A DNA stretch of 64,000 nucleotides from an uncultured archaeon (GTDB taxonomy: Archaea; Asgardarchaeota; Thorarchaeia; Thorarchaeales; Thorarchaeaceae): the NCBI GenBank assembly GCA_964473825.1, contig CAYYQL010000001.1, positions 255,226-319,225 of the forward strand. Reading direction: 5' to 3'. Under the pieces are notes generated by a model that saw only the letters and a list, made by a program, of their open reading frames with translations, had not been told where the DNA came from and did not search any database. Below are positions 18,553-28,682 of this stretch, in pieces; the first letter of the stretch is position 1, and each line of letters starts with the position of its first letter. Made by a program: the position numbers and the translations under genes.

Positions 18553-20832
18553 TTGGCGGACGGTAATATCCAGATATTGCAAGGGAAGATTAGGACAGAT
18601 GCTCAGTCAAACTTGATACCCTTGGAGCTAGGATATGATATCACTGCCGTAGGAGTGCTCCTTAGAGAGTTCGCACAACCGGAGGGCCCACGGCTTCATA
18701 ATAGATATGAATCCAGGCGGTTTCAGGACGACGATTATCAGGATATCATCGAGCAGTTCTGGTCGGCAATCTACCGCGACGATGAAAACACAGTGGAGGG
18801 ACTGCTCCAAAGAGCAAGAGGACTGCATCTTGATATGACAGGCACTCTTCTTCAAGACCGGGGCATCCCAGAGCAGGGGCGTGCAGACACACTGCTGCGT
18901 CGACTAGGTGAGAACCACAGCCAGTATAGATGTGAAGTCGAAAAGGCTCTAGCATGGGACGAGTCGCTATTGGACGTTCTACATGAGCAAGTCATCGTAC
19001 CGCTGACGACTGCAGTATCAAATGCAAGGTCCAGCGAAGAACTATCACTTCGTTCCTTGAGAAAGGAAACGGGATCATTCTATACCCCACCTGCGATAGC
19101 AAGATACATCTCCGGCCGGACACTCAGTTACTGGATCCAACACAAGACCGGACTCTCCCTTGCAGGTCGCAAACTCGATACCCTTGATGGGAGGGCTAAG
19201 GGTCGGGTGTTGCACGCACTGAGAAATGTCCGAATAGTCGATCCTGCGGTAGGAGCTGGTATCTTCTTGGTTGAGGCAGCCAATTGGCTTGTAGGCCTCA
19301 GACAGGCTCTCGATGACACACAAGCAGTATCAAACATCAAGTGGGAGATTGTGAGCGAGAACCTATACGGCGTTGATATCCTCCCAGACTCTGTGGCTGC
19401 ATCACGCCGACGACTAGCTCTCTGGGCATCATCGAACGAAAGGCCGCTCCATGAGGATCTGGCGGACAAGATGGTGAGTTCTATCAGGCAAGGTAACAGC
19501 ATAGTGGGCCCAACTCCCAGAAGGGGTGAGCATTGTCAAGGCGGGCGCAAGCCAAACCAAGGTTTCAGCTGGGCAACCAGCTTCCCTCAAGCATTCGCAA
19601 AGGGGGGCTTCGACATTCTCATTGGCAATCCACCATATGGTAACATTCTCTCTGACCCTGAAAAAGAATCTGTAGACAAATCTTTGACATGGAACGTCAC
19701 TGGGGGGAGATCGGGAACATGGAATGCGGCATCACTCTTCATGGTGAGAGGGAGGGAACTGCTGAATTCAGATGGACATCTTGGTATGCTTCTCCCCAAC
19801 AGCATTCTGAGAGTGGGCCAGTTCCAGAAGACGAGGGAGTTCATGCTTCGACACCTCGATGTCTTGGAGATTCGAGATGAAGGCAGCCCCATCGATGACA
19901 TCACGCTAGAGCTGTTCAGCCTCATTGCCTGTGTGCCTCAATCCCGACGCATCCAAGATGTGTTGATTAGATCCAGAAGAGACGGAATTGAGAGAGAGAA
20001 CATGGTGGCCATCGCCAGATTCCATGAGTCGGATATCATCGTGCTCTATCATGATGAGATTCTGGACCTAGCTCGAAGAAGAGGTAGGACGCACCTCCTG
20101 AGCGCTTCACGGGGTAGGGACATCCCATCGACTCATGTAAGAAAGACACCCGATGACACCTTCTCTGTCCCCTACGCGACAAGTGGTCGCAGCATCCGAC
20201 GCTATCATCTTGACAAGGCCTATCTCAAGTATGCAGATGCTTGGTTCAAGGGAGATACAGCCCTCACAGAGTCGTACGAAAATGCATTCCTTGCGGCCAC
20301 AAAGAACTTGGCATACCCAAGAGTCATTCTCAAGCCCGAAGGGATCATTCACGGTGGTGGTATTGTGAAGGTCGAAATACACGACTCGCAGCTCTCCCCG
20401 GCCGCCGTGGGCATGGTCCTGAACTCCACCATGGTGAGATACCTCTGTATCCGATACCTGACCAACTACTCAGAACTTACTACCTGCCTCAATACTGGCA
20501 TAATGGATGAACTACCGGTCGTCGTTCCTGAGTGTCAGAAAGTATGTGGTCTGGTCTTTGGTGAACTTCAGAGGAGATACTTCAACGGGCAGACAGAGGA
20601 TCTCGTCACCCGCAATCTCGATACCCTGGCTGATGCACTCGTCTATGAGGCATATTTCTTGGATGACCCCCATCTAGCCCGCGCGGCCTCTCAGGTTCTG
20701 GATAGACGGACTCCGGTTCAGACTCAGCAGAAAGTGGTAATTGACATCGCGAGAGCAACATCCAACATCGTGTCAGAGATTATGGAGTCAGACTGGGTCA
20801 AGGCCATTGAGAGTTCTCCACGGATGGCATGA
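18553..20832 (+). CDS. Gamma-class N6-adenine DNA methyltransferase (Eco57I/TaqI-like) with C-terminal target-recognition domain
   Basis: GSFYTP, DPAVGAGIFL, YGVDI, FDILIGNPPY, and a TaqI_C-like region (LNS..RYL). Confidence 0.88.
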   Translation: MADGNIQILQGKIRTDAQSNLIPLELGYDITAVGVLLREFAQPEGPRLHNRYESRRFQDDDYQDIIEQFWSAIYRDDENTVEGLLQRARGLHLDMTGTLLQDRGIPEQGRADTLLRRLGENHSQYRCEVEKALAWDESLLDVLHEQVIVPLTTAVSNARSSEELSLRSLRKETGSFYTPPAIARYISGRTLSYWIQHKTGLSLAGRKLDTLDGRAKGRVLHALRNVRIVDPAVGAGIFLVEAANWLVGLRQALDDTQAVSNIKWEIVSENLYGVDILPDSVAASRRRLALWASSNERPLHEDLADKMVSSIRQGNSIVGPTPRRGEHCQGGRKPNQGFSWATSFPQAFAKGGFDILIGNPPYGNILSDPEKESVDKSLTWNVTGGRSGTWNAASLFMVRGRELLNSDGHLGMLLPNSILRVGQFQKTREFMLRHLDVLEIRDEGSPIDDITLELFSLIACVPQSRRIQDVLIRSRRDGIERENMVAIARFHESDIIVLYHDEILDLARRRGRTHLLSASRGRDIPSTHVRKTPDDTFSVPYATSGRSIRRYHLDKAYLKYADAWFKGDTALTESYENAFLAATKNLAYPRVILKPEGIIHGGGIVKVEIHDSQLSPAAVGMVLNSTMVRYLCIRYLTNYSELTTCLNTGIMDELPVVVPECQKVCGLVFGELQRRYFNGQTEDLVTRNLDTLADALVYEAYFLDDPHLARAASQVLDRRTPVQTQQKVVIDIARATSNIVSEIMESDWVKAIESSPRMA

Positions 20833-20890
20833 GAATCACGCAGACACTGAAGCTTAAATACTACTGAGAAGAGTCGCCGACTGAGAAGCG

Positions 20891-21478
20891 ATGGCTGAGA
20901 ACAACGAGTCACATTCCGAATCTTCAGAGATGGCAGATGATATCATCAGAGCCGTGGAGTACGAAGAGGAAGACGGTCTCACGGAACGAGAACGAGAGAT
21001 TGAACGTGAGAAAGAGGAGGAACGGATTCGGAAGGCCAAGGAACTCAAGAAGCAACTCAGGAAACGCGAGCTGGGGCTTCTGCACTACAGGTGGCCAGCG
21101 GGGATTCTTGTCCTGGCGGGGATTCTAGCTATTCTAACAGAATTTGGTCAAGTGATGACTCGTCCTCCAGAAATTGGTTTCGATAGTTTTCTCCATGGAT
21201 TCTCGATGACAGGAAACGTATTCTTTCTCTTCCCCATAATCGCTGGAGCTCTATTCATTCTCTGTGGAGTCTGGGCCTATTCAGATCCCAGAGCTACCTT
21301 TGCATCACTAGTCCCCGGAGCACTGATGGCCATGGCTGGTACGACTGTCTACATGTTGGTAGAATTTGCTCTGGTGGCCAATCCAGATGCGGAAGTGGCA
21401 ACCACGAATATACCGCTTAGTATGCTGATTGTGGCTGCCCTTTCAGTGCTGGCCATTCTCATGCGAGAAAAGGAATAG
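20891..21478 (+). CDS. Membrane protein with charged N-terminal coiled coil and 4 TMs
   Basis: E/R/K-rich helix followed by hydrophobic segments. Confidence 0.65.
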   Translation: MAENNESHSESSEMADDIIRAVEYEEEDGLTEREREIEREKEEERIRKAKELKKQLRKRELGLLHYRWPAGILVLAGILAILTEFGQVMTRPPEIGFDSFLHGFSMTGNVFFLFPIIAGALFILCGVWAYSDPRATFASLVPGALMAMAGTTVYMLVEFALVANPDAEVATTNIPLSMLIVAALSVLAILMREKE

Positions 21479-21497
21479 GAAGCACCTGCCGCACCCG

Positions 21498-22064
21498 TCA
21501 CCTGATGTAGTCATCGAGTATTCCTTTCTCTTCGAGAAAATCCATCCAGTCAATACGTTTTATCGGTTCGTCAGAGTCAAGGAAGCTTACAATCAGTTTC
21601 ACTGCCTCTTCAGGAGACATATCAGAAGTGTCTATTTCAAACACAAATTCCTCCCCAAATGAATCAAGAGCGTCCAGTTGACATACACCGAATACCTCGG
21701 CCTCTACGTTCTCAGCTATCTTCGGCTCAGAATACCCTCTTGAACGAAGACGCTCTCTCAAGATGTCAGGATGGGTTCGCAGTATGACTGTGAAGTCAAG
21801 GGATGACCAAGGAACAAGATCTACATAGTGGCCTTCAATTATCAGATCATCCTGTCGCTCATATAGGACATCCATAAGCGCTTCAACGAGACAGTCTTCA
21901 TCTATGATAGTTGTGTCACGCTCCAGGTCTTCTTCCGTGATGCACCCTGCTTCGATAGCAACATCTCCGAGGTTGATCACTTCTCTTCCGAGTGCTTTGC
22001 CCAACTGTTCCGCGATTGTCGTCTTGCCTGTGCAGGGTGTTCCGCCAATAGCAATGATTTTCAT
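21498..22064 (-). CDS. Adenylate kinase 6 / Fap7-like ATPase
   Basis: GTPCTGKTT, IEGH, RGYSEPKIAENVEAE. Confidence 0.9.
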   Translation of the reverse strand: MKIIAIGGTPCTGKTTIAEQLGKALGREVINLGDVAIEAGCITEEDLERDTTIIDEDCLVEALMDVLYERQDDLIIEGHYVDLVPWSSLDFTVILRTHPDILRERLRSRGYSEPKIAENVEAEVFGVCQLDALDSFGEEFVFEIDTSDMSPEEAVKLIVSFLDSDEPIKRIDWMDFLEEKGILDDYIR

Positions 22065-22191
22065 AGTCGATATCTATCCTCCCTGAGTTCTTAGCAGAAC
22101 TAGTTGTGTGAAAAAGTAAACGGTACGAACAAGAAGACTGAGGGTCCAAACCAAAGCTATTTCACCTAAGGATTGTTAGTAAGTACAGAGG

Positions 22192-22944
22192 ATGAAATCT
22201 GTGTACTCAAAGCCACCAACATTGCTGCCGTTTATGCTGTTCATAGTGACACTTGCAGCCGCAGTTATGCTTTGGTGGACGAACACTGTCCTATCCATGA
22301 TTCTGGTGATTCTTGGACTCTCATCTCTTGTTTTTGGGTTCTGCCAGGGGTTAGACCTACTGGCCGTCGAACAGAAAGCTAGAGAGTCTCAGCATAAAAC
22401 TGTCTATTCCACGCGATACCTCGACCAGTTCATGCAGGACCTTTCAGAACGGATGGAGAGGGACCTGGCAGAAGCGGCAGAAGAGGAACAGAGAGTATCA
22501 CTGGCCGAAGGAATCGAGACATTGGAGAACGGCTCAGAGGATATTCACAGGATACCCCCCTCGGTCATCAACGGAATCGGTCGAGAATACTCAGACAAAC
22601 TCGCAAGTCTTGGCATAACTAGAATTGAGCAGCTTGCAGATGCGAATCCAGAGATGGTAGCTGACCACTGCCGTGTCAATCTGGAGGAAGCGGAGGATTG
22701 GGTCTTTGATGCTGCGGCGATTGTCCATGGAGCCAGAATATCAAGTATCATAGAACTGTCTATGTCTGTTCCCGAGGAGATACTTGAAAGAATCGACAGG
22801 TCTCTCCGAGAGGGAAAGCTTGACCTTCCAGATGACTATGAGGTCTCCATGTGGAGTGTTCGACAATGGATAGAGGGGGCGAATAGAGCAATCACTGGAA
22901 AAGGTTCTGAAGACATGGAGAGATGGTGGCGACGAAGGCCATAG
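22192..22944 (+). CDS. Membrane-anchored helix-hairpin-helix (DUF4332-like) protein
   Basis: Two N-terminal TMs; INGIGREYSDKLASLGITRIEQLADA; W..W pattern. Confidence 0.65.
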   Translation: MKSVYSKPPTLLPFMLFIVTLAAAVMLWWTNTVLSMILVILGLSSLVFGFCQGLDLLAVEQKARESQHKTVYSTRYLDQFMQDLSERMERDLAEAAEEEQRVSLAEGIETLENGSEDIHRIPPSVINGIGREYSDKLASLGITRIEQLADANPEMVADHCRVNLEEAEDWVFDAAAIVHGARISSIIELSMSVPEEILERIDRSLREGKLDLPDDYEVSMWSVRQWIEGANRAITGKGSEDMERWWRRRP

Positions 22945-23039
22945 AAGCTAGACCCCTTCCCAGACTCATTACGCATGATTTTGGCACAATCCATAAAAGA
23001 GGACCGAAATGCTGAGTTCGAAACGCAGCTGAGCAGGAA

Positions 23040-23549
23040 ATGATTCAAGTGACTAAGGACTGGGTCATCCGTCAGTTCCAAGAGGAAGACCTCCCGAGTG
23101 TTGTTCAGATAAATCGTGAGTGTCTGCCTGAGAACTATCCAGACCGGTTCTTCTTGGGTCTGCACTACCACGCACCCAAAGCATTTCTTGTGGCAGAGAA
23201 GGATGACACCGTCGTTGGATACATGATGTCTAGAATCGAGAGGGGCATCTCGAGTTTCGGGAGGCTTCCCACCAAAAAGGGACATATTGTTTCTGTGGCA
23301 GTCTTGCCGGAATTTCGACATCTTGGGATCGGTACTGACCTCGTAGAGCACGGAATCGAAGGAATGGTTGAGTACGGTGCCTCAGAGTTCTTTCTAGAGG
23401 TGCGAAACACAAACAAAGCCGCAATCTCAGTCTACGAGAACCTTGGATTTGAAGTAAAGAGAGTACTCAAAGGATACTACAGAGACGGCGAAGACGCCTA
23501 CTTGATGGTGAAGGAATATGATCAGCCTTCGGAGGATGGCTCCGATTGA
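23040..23549 (+). CDS. ard1: N-terminal acetyltransferase (Ard1/RimI type)
   Basis: CLPENY, GHIVSVAV, LEVR..N, YYRDGEDA. Confidence 0.9.
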   Translation: MIQVTKDWVIRQFQEEDLPSVVQINRECLPENYPDRFFLGLHYHAPKAFLVAEKDDTVVGYMMSRIERGISSFGRLPTKKGHIVSVAVLPEFRHLGIGTDLVEHGIEGMVEYGASEFFLEVRNTNKAAISVYENLGFEVKRVLKGYYRDGEDAYLMVKEYDQPSEDGSD

Positions 23550-24469
23550 GCAACACAGAGATTGACGTCCCACTTATTCCTGAGTGCTCTGCCTGCATTG
23601 TGCAAAGTCTTCAGACCCTGATATCAAATCTAACTGAAGATAAGGATCAGCAGTTCGCACTCTATAGCCACGCACTCAGAAGGCTATCAGAGGGTTACGA
23701 GAAACGGGTCAGACCGCATCCTCTCTCAGTAAGCATCTATCAAGAACTCTATGAACGGGGCGAAGCAACGGGCGATCCCTATCACGATATCAAGGTAGCC
23801 AGCAATCTTGCCGCAGCCAAGGCCCTCCCGTCCATCCAAAGCGTTGTTGAGCAATATCAGGGATACCAAAGACTGAGAGCTGCAGTCATGGCATCCATAG
23901 CGGGCAATCTCATAGACTTCAATACTGCGGCCCATAAGCCCCAGCTGGATGAGCTCGAGGACGACTTTCTAAGGATGCTCAAGGAGGGATTCAGCCCAGA
24001 TGACTCAAGAGAACTGTATGAATTGATTGTAGATTCTGACGGTCGTGTGGTCTATCTTGCCGATAATGTAGGTGAGACCTTACTTGACATACCAGTGCTT
24101 AGATTTCTTGCGGCACATGGCTGGAAGACAACCTACGTTGTAAAGGGCAAAGCGATGGTGAATGACGCAACACGTGATGACGTTGTGGGTACCGAAATCG
24201 AGCAGCTTGCAGAGATAGCAGACACCGGTGCCTGGGCGCACGGTGTACCTCGTGGTCTTGTAAGTGACGAGTTCATGGACACTGTCCAATCAGCTGATCT
24301 TGTGATTAGCAAGGGACAAGCCAACATCGAAACCTTCCCGGAGATTCAAGACCAGATGGGAGTTGAAACCTTCTATATCACCAGAGCAAAGTGTTCTCAT
24401 ATCGCTCAAGCAGTGGGAACGCATAAGGGCGCTAATGTCGTACTCTATAGAATCGGTCCAAATGACTGA
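23546..24469 (+). CDS. ARMT1-like (DUF89) damage-control phosphatase
   Basis: ECSAC, DPY, AGNLID, DNVGE, NDAT..D, SKGQANIE, AKC. Confidence 0.88.
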   Translation: MSNTEIDVPLIPECSACIVQSLQTLISNLTEDKDQQFALYSHALRRLSEGYEKRVRPHPLSVSIYQELYERGEATGDPYHDIKVASNLAAAKALPSIQSVVEQYQGYQRLRAAVMASIAGNLIDFNTAAHKPQLDELEDDFLRMLKEGFSPDDSRELYELIVDSDGRVVYLADNVGETLLDIPVLRFLAAHGWKTTYVVKGKAMVNDATRDDVVGTEIEQLAEIADTGAWAHGVPRGLVSDEFMDTVQSADLVISKGQANIETFPEIQDQMGVETFYITRAKCSHIAQAVGTHKGANVVLYRIGPND

Positions 24470-24614
24470 CAGTTGACAAGCTTTTTATGTTCATGAAATC
24501 GCGTTTCGATTGGCCGGAAGACATCTAAGACAAGCTTTAAATGGGCAAAATATGCCGAAGTCCATGTACAGTTTTGTCACATTAGTTAATACACTAAGTG
24601 GAGGAAACTAGAAG

Positions 24615-26246
24615 ATGAGTCAAGTACCAATAATCGTACTCAGGGAAGACACTGAGAGGACGCGGGGTCGTGATGCTCAAAGAAACAACATCATGGCTGC
24701 TGTCGTCATCGCGGAGGCTGTAAAGTCTTCGCTAGGACCGAAAGGAATGGACAAGATGCTTGTTGACAGCTTTGGTGATGTCACCGTCAGCAACGACGGC
24801 GCCACAATCCTGAAAGAGATGGATGTGGCCCATCCTGCTGCGAAGATGGTCATCGAGGTGTCAAAGACAGTCGACGATGAAGTGGGAGATGGTACCACAA
24901 CCGCTGCTGTTCTAACAGGCGAGCTACTCAAGAATGCAGAGGAGCTTCTTGACCAGAAGATTCACCCGACAACTATAATCTCAGGTTACAGGAAAGCAGC
25001 CGAACAATCGGCAGCAATACTGGATGAGATAGCAGAGAAGGTTGATACAACAAAGGCCGCCGCCTACAAGAAAACCCTGCGCGATGTTGCGACTACCGCA
25101 ATGTCAAGCAAGTTTATCTCAGGCAATAAGGAAGCCCTCGCAGAAGTTGTTGTGGACGCAATTCTTGCACTTGCCAAGGGGAAGCAGGAGGGCGAGGAGA
25201 TTGACATCGAGGATATCCCCCGTCAGAAGCAAGTGGGATTGCGGGTGACAGACACTGCCCTTGTCAAAGGTCTTGTCTTGGACAAGGAAGTTGTTCACCC
25301 AGGTATGCCGAAGAAGGTTGAAGGCGCCAAGATTGCACTCTTTGAATGTCCTCTTGAGATCTCAAAGACAGAATACGACGCTAAGATATCAATTTCAGAT
25401 CCATCTTCGATGCAGGTCTTTCTCGATGAAGAGGAGAAGATGCTCAAGAATATGGTTGACAAAATCGTTGAAGTGGGTGCAAATGTGGTCATTGCCCAGA
25501 AGGGTATCGACGATGTTGTCCAGCACTACCTCGCGAAGAACGGCATTATGGCAGTGAGAAGAATCAAGAAATCCGATGTCGAAAGACTACACAAGACAAC
25601 TGGAGCATCTATTGTGTCCAAGATTGCAAACTTGACCGTGAGCGATCTTGGAAAGGCGAAACTTGTCGAGCAGCGGAGAATTGGCGATGACAAGATGCTG
25701 TTTATTGAAGGCACTCCGAAATCGACAGTTGTCACTCTTCTTGTGAGAGGTGGAACAGACCACGTTGTTGATGAAGTGGACCGTGCACTGAATGATGCGC
25801 TCTACGTCGTCAAGGATGTGGTGAATCATCCGTACATCTTGTACGGTGGCGGTGCCTTAGAGAGCGAGCTGGCGATGAAAATCCGAGACTACGCCTCTTC
25901 CCTTGAGGGTCGTGAGCAGTATGCAGCGAACGCCTTTGCTGACGCCGTAGAATCAATACCGGCCACGTTGGCAGAGAATGGTGGCTTGGATCCGATAGAC
26001 ATTCTCGTATCACTTAGGTCAGCCCACACCGAAGGAAAGACGACCTATGGTGTTAACCTGGTCACAGGGAAAGTTGGCGATATGAAAAAGAGTCGTATCA
26101 TCGAACCTGCTGTTGTGAAGAAGCAGGTCATTGCATCCGCATCAGAGGCTGCCCAGATGTTGCTGAAAATTGATGATGTCATCAGCTCAAAGGGCGGAGG
26201 CATGCCTGGAGGCCCAGGTGGCGAAGGCGACTTCGACGAAGAATAG
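24615..26246 (+). CDS. Thermosome (group II chaperonin) subunit
   Basis: [26 protein letters not shown]-rich tail. Confidence 0.97.
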   Translation: MSQVPIIVLREDTERTRGRDAQRNNIMAAVVIAEAVKSSLGPKGMDKMLVDSFGDVTVSNDGATILKEMDVAHPAAKMVIEVSKTVDDEVGDGTTTAAVLTGELLKNAEELLDQKIHPTTIISGYRKAAEQSAAILDEIAEKVDTTKAAAYKKTLRDVATTAMSSKFISGNKEALAEVVVDAILALAKGKQEGEEIDIEDIPRQKQVGLRVTDTALVKGLVLDKEVVHPGMPKKVEGAKIALFECPLEISKTEYDAKISISDPSSMQVFLDEEEKMLKNMVDKIVEVGANVVIAQKGIDDVVQHYLAKNGIMAVRRIKKSDVERLHKTTGASIVSKIANLTVSDLGKAKLVEQRRIGDDKMLFIEGTPKSTVVTLLVRGGTDHVVDEVDRALNDALYVVKDVVNHPYILYGGGALESELAMKIRDYASSLEGREQYAANAFADAVESIPATLAENGGLDPIDILVSLRSAHTEGKTTYGVNLVTGKVGDMKKSRIIEPAVVKKQVIASASEAAQMLLKIDDVISSKGGGMPGGPGGEGDFDEE

Positions 26247-26281
26247 AAAGACAGAACAGGACAGGCTCGTAGGTGTAGCTC

Positions 26282-26953
26282 ATGTACCAAGACCCCTCGA
26301 AAATAATAAAAAAGAAGCGAAAACCCAAGCTTGAGCAGCTGGAGAACATCAAGCTTGTACTCACCTTCATACAAGGAATCGGACCCAAGACCTCAGACAA
26401 GATGATTGAGGCTGGGTACGACACTGTTGAGAAGGTGATGGAAGCCTCTTCAGAAGAGATGGCTGAGGCAGTCAGCGGACTGAGTGTTTCCAAGGCAAAG
26501 TCAGTTATTGAAGAAACCAAGGAGATCAAGGAGCAGGTCGAGGCTGCAAAGCTCGATCTCAAGAAGGCTCGAAGGGGTCGAAGGCGCAAGGTTGTTGACG
26601 AAGAACCAGACAGTTATGGGCTCCCTCCTGCGGGAGCGATAGAGCACGAAATTGAGAGAACAAACCTGAAGACGGGGCATGAGAAAGATAACGAGAGACT
26701 CGGTATTCCAATCGGCCCCAAATGGCTCACCAGATTCGAGAAGGCGCGAGTCATAGGGGCGAGGGCTCTTCAGATATCGATGGGAGCCCCTACACTCCTC
26801 AGCATGGACAAGGGGCCCGCTGAGCTTTTTGCCTTTGCCGAAATGGAGCTTAGGGCTGGTGTTCTGCCCATGACCGTCAGACGCTCTGCTCCCACGGGCG
26901 AAATAGCTGATATCGCCCTTTCTGTCCTATTGGGACACACCCGGCTGGATTAA
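26282..26953 (+). CDS. rpoK: RNA polymerase subunit K (Rpo6) with an N-terminal HhH domain
   Basis: C-terminal LTRFEKARVIGARALQISMGAP...LPMTVRR; N-terminal IQGIGPKTSDKMIEAGY. Confidence 0.85.
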   Translation: MYQDPSKIIKKKRKPKLEQLENIKLVLTFIQGIGPKTSDKMIEAGYDTVEKVMEASSEEMAEAVSGLSVSKAKSVIEETKEIKEQVEAAKLDLKKARRGRRRKVVDEEPDSYGLPPAGAIEHEIERTNLKTGHEKDNERLGIPIGPKWLTRFEKARVIGARALQISMGAPTLLSMDKGPAELFAFAEMELRAGVLPMTVRRSAPTGEIADIALSVLLGHTRLD

Positions 26954-26978
26954 TTCCAGCCTGCCTCTTTTCTTTTTG
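26943..26978 (+). terminator. Hairpin plus U-tract after rpoK
   Basis: GGCTGGA-TTAAT-TCCAGCC then CTCTTTTCTTTTT. Confidence 0.6.
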
Positions 26979-27013
26979 CTGATTCTAAATATGCTATATG
27001 ATAAGCGATTAAC

Positions 27014-27153
27014 GGCTCTGTAAAATAACTCTCATATTGTTCACGAAATGAATTCTGTGAACAACGAAATGGGTCTCTTCTGATAGTTTTGAGTTGCTCC
27101 ATACAAGTTTTCCTTTATCTAAGCCATGTGAACTCGATTTATTTTACAGGGCC
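27014..27153. mobile_element. 140-bp MITE, copy 1 (IS5 family, IS903-like ends)
   Basis: TIRs GGCTCTGTAAAATAA / TTATTTTACAGGGCC; 9-bp target duplication GCGATTAAC (27005-13 and 27154-62); inverted copy at 51606-51745. Confidence 0.92.
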
Positions 27154-27216
27154 GCGATTAACACAATGCCTAAATGTATGAAGCAACAATGCTGATGGTC
27201 TGGACAGTGTTATGTC

Positions 27217-28545
27217 TTGCAGGAAATCTTACTAAGCCCAGATCTCGTCATTAGGTGTTTGATTGGCTTCGCAGTCGGAGCTCTCATCGGACTTGAGCGA
27301 CAGAAGAGAATGACTGAGGAGTCATCCATAGGAGTGAGGTCTTTTGGGCTTCATAGTCTCTTTGGTATGCTTGGAGCCTATACATATACAGTCACGGCAA
27401 ATCCAGTTGTCTTGGTCTATTCTGTCGCGATATCTATAATTCTAGTCATGACCCACATCATCTACAAGATTTTCCGAACCATGCGCAAGGGGATGACGAC
27501 CTCCATAGTCTTTGCTCTGTCTTTCATCTTGGGCACACTTGTTGGGCTGGACTCGGCACCCGTACCTCCCGAAGTCATCGGCCCTCTATCAGTTCTCTCG
27601 ATGACAGTATCATTCCTTGTCTTTCTGGTTCTGTCTTTCAAGCAAGAACTGTCTGAGGCAGTCGAGATCATCACCCGAGAAGAAATGATCAGTGCTGTCG
27701 AACTGGGAGTGCTCATCCTGTTCTTGTGGCCTCTGATTCCACAGACTGTCCAGATAGGAGCTGTTGCCTTTCCACTCTTTGAAACCTATCTCCTAATCGT
27801 TGTCCTATTGTCAATTAGCTTCGCCAATTACATACTGGTGAAGAAGTTCAAAGACCGCGGGCCCTATTTCTTCGGCTTCTTCGGAGGGTTCGCTAATAGT
27901 GAAGCAACGGTTTCGTCCCTGACGGACTTCCATGTGCAGACGGAGTCAAGATACACGGGGAAGATTTCACTATCTGTGATATTTGCAAACCTTGCCATGG
28001 TTCTTAGAAATGGGTTCATCATAATCTTGTTTGACAGAGAGTTACAAATCATGCAGTACTTCCTCGTTCCTCTCGCCATCCTATTCATCATGGGACTCGT
28101 CCGAATGTACTATGAGAGGAGAACGGCTCATGAAGAAGAAAAACAGGAGATGAGTGCTCGATTGGTTTCGCCTTTCGAGTTTGGTGCAGCCATTCGGTTC
28201 GCCGTTATTTTCACCGCAGTTTCACTCGCCTCTCTCTTCTTACAGGAATTCTTTAGTGAATGGGGTCTTGTGGCAGCGGCGTTTATTGGGGGATTTGCTT
28301 CAGCAGGAGCAGTTGTGGCAGTCGCAAGCCAGGCCTTTGCAGCAGGCACAGTCAGCCTGTCAACGGCTGTCTACGCTGTGATTATAGCAACTACAACATC
28401 AGTGTTCAACAAGATTGTATACGTCGCCGCGGGTGATCGAGACAGTAACCTTCTCCGACGAGTATCGAGAGATGCCATTCTCATGGCAGCCGGAGTTGTG
28501 CTCTACCTCATCCTTCTGATAGTGGGTTTCATCCCAGTAACATGA
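27217..28545 (+). CDS. MgtC/SapB plus DUF4010 membrane protein
   Basis: GALIGLERQ, GVRSF, GMTT, GFFGGFANS, SPFEF. Confidence 0.85.
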   Translation: MQEILLSPDLVIRCLIGFAVGALIGLERQKRMTEESSIGVRSFGLHSLFGMLGAYTYTVTANPVVLVYSVAISIILVMTHIIYKIFRTMRKGMTTSIVFALSFILGTLVGLDSAPVPPEVIGPLSVLSMTVSFLVFLVLSFKQELSEAVEIITREEMISAVELGVLILFLWPLIPQTVQIGAVAFPLFETYLLIVVLLSISFANYILVKKFKDRGPYFFGFFGGFANSEATVSSLTDFHVQTESRYTGKISLSVIFANLAMVLRNGFIIILFDRELQIMQYFLVPLAILFIMGLVRMYYERRTAHEEEKQEMSARLVSPFEFGAAIRFAVIFTAVSLASLFLQEFFSEWGLVAAAFIGGFASAGAVVAVASQAFAAGTVSLSTAVYAVIIATTTSVFNKIVYVAAGDRDSNLLRRVSRDAILMAAGVVLYLILLIVGFIPVT

Positions 28546-28682
28546 CCCAAAGGGCGAAGACAACGACGAACACAAGACTTAAACTGAATCAGGCGGCTCT
28601 CGCTTATGGTGACAATATTGACAGCTGGTGGATTAGTTCATCTGTTTCTGTGAGATTGCTCTGAGAAAGACACTGGCTCCCA

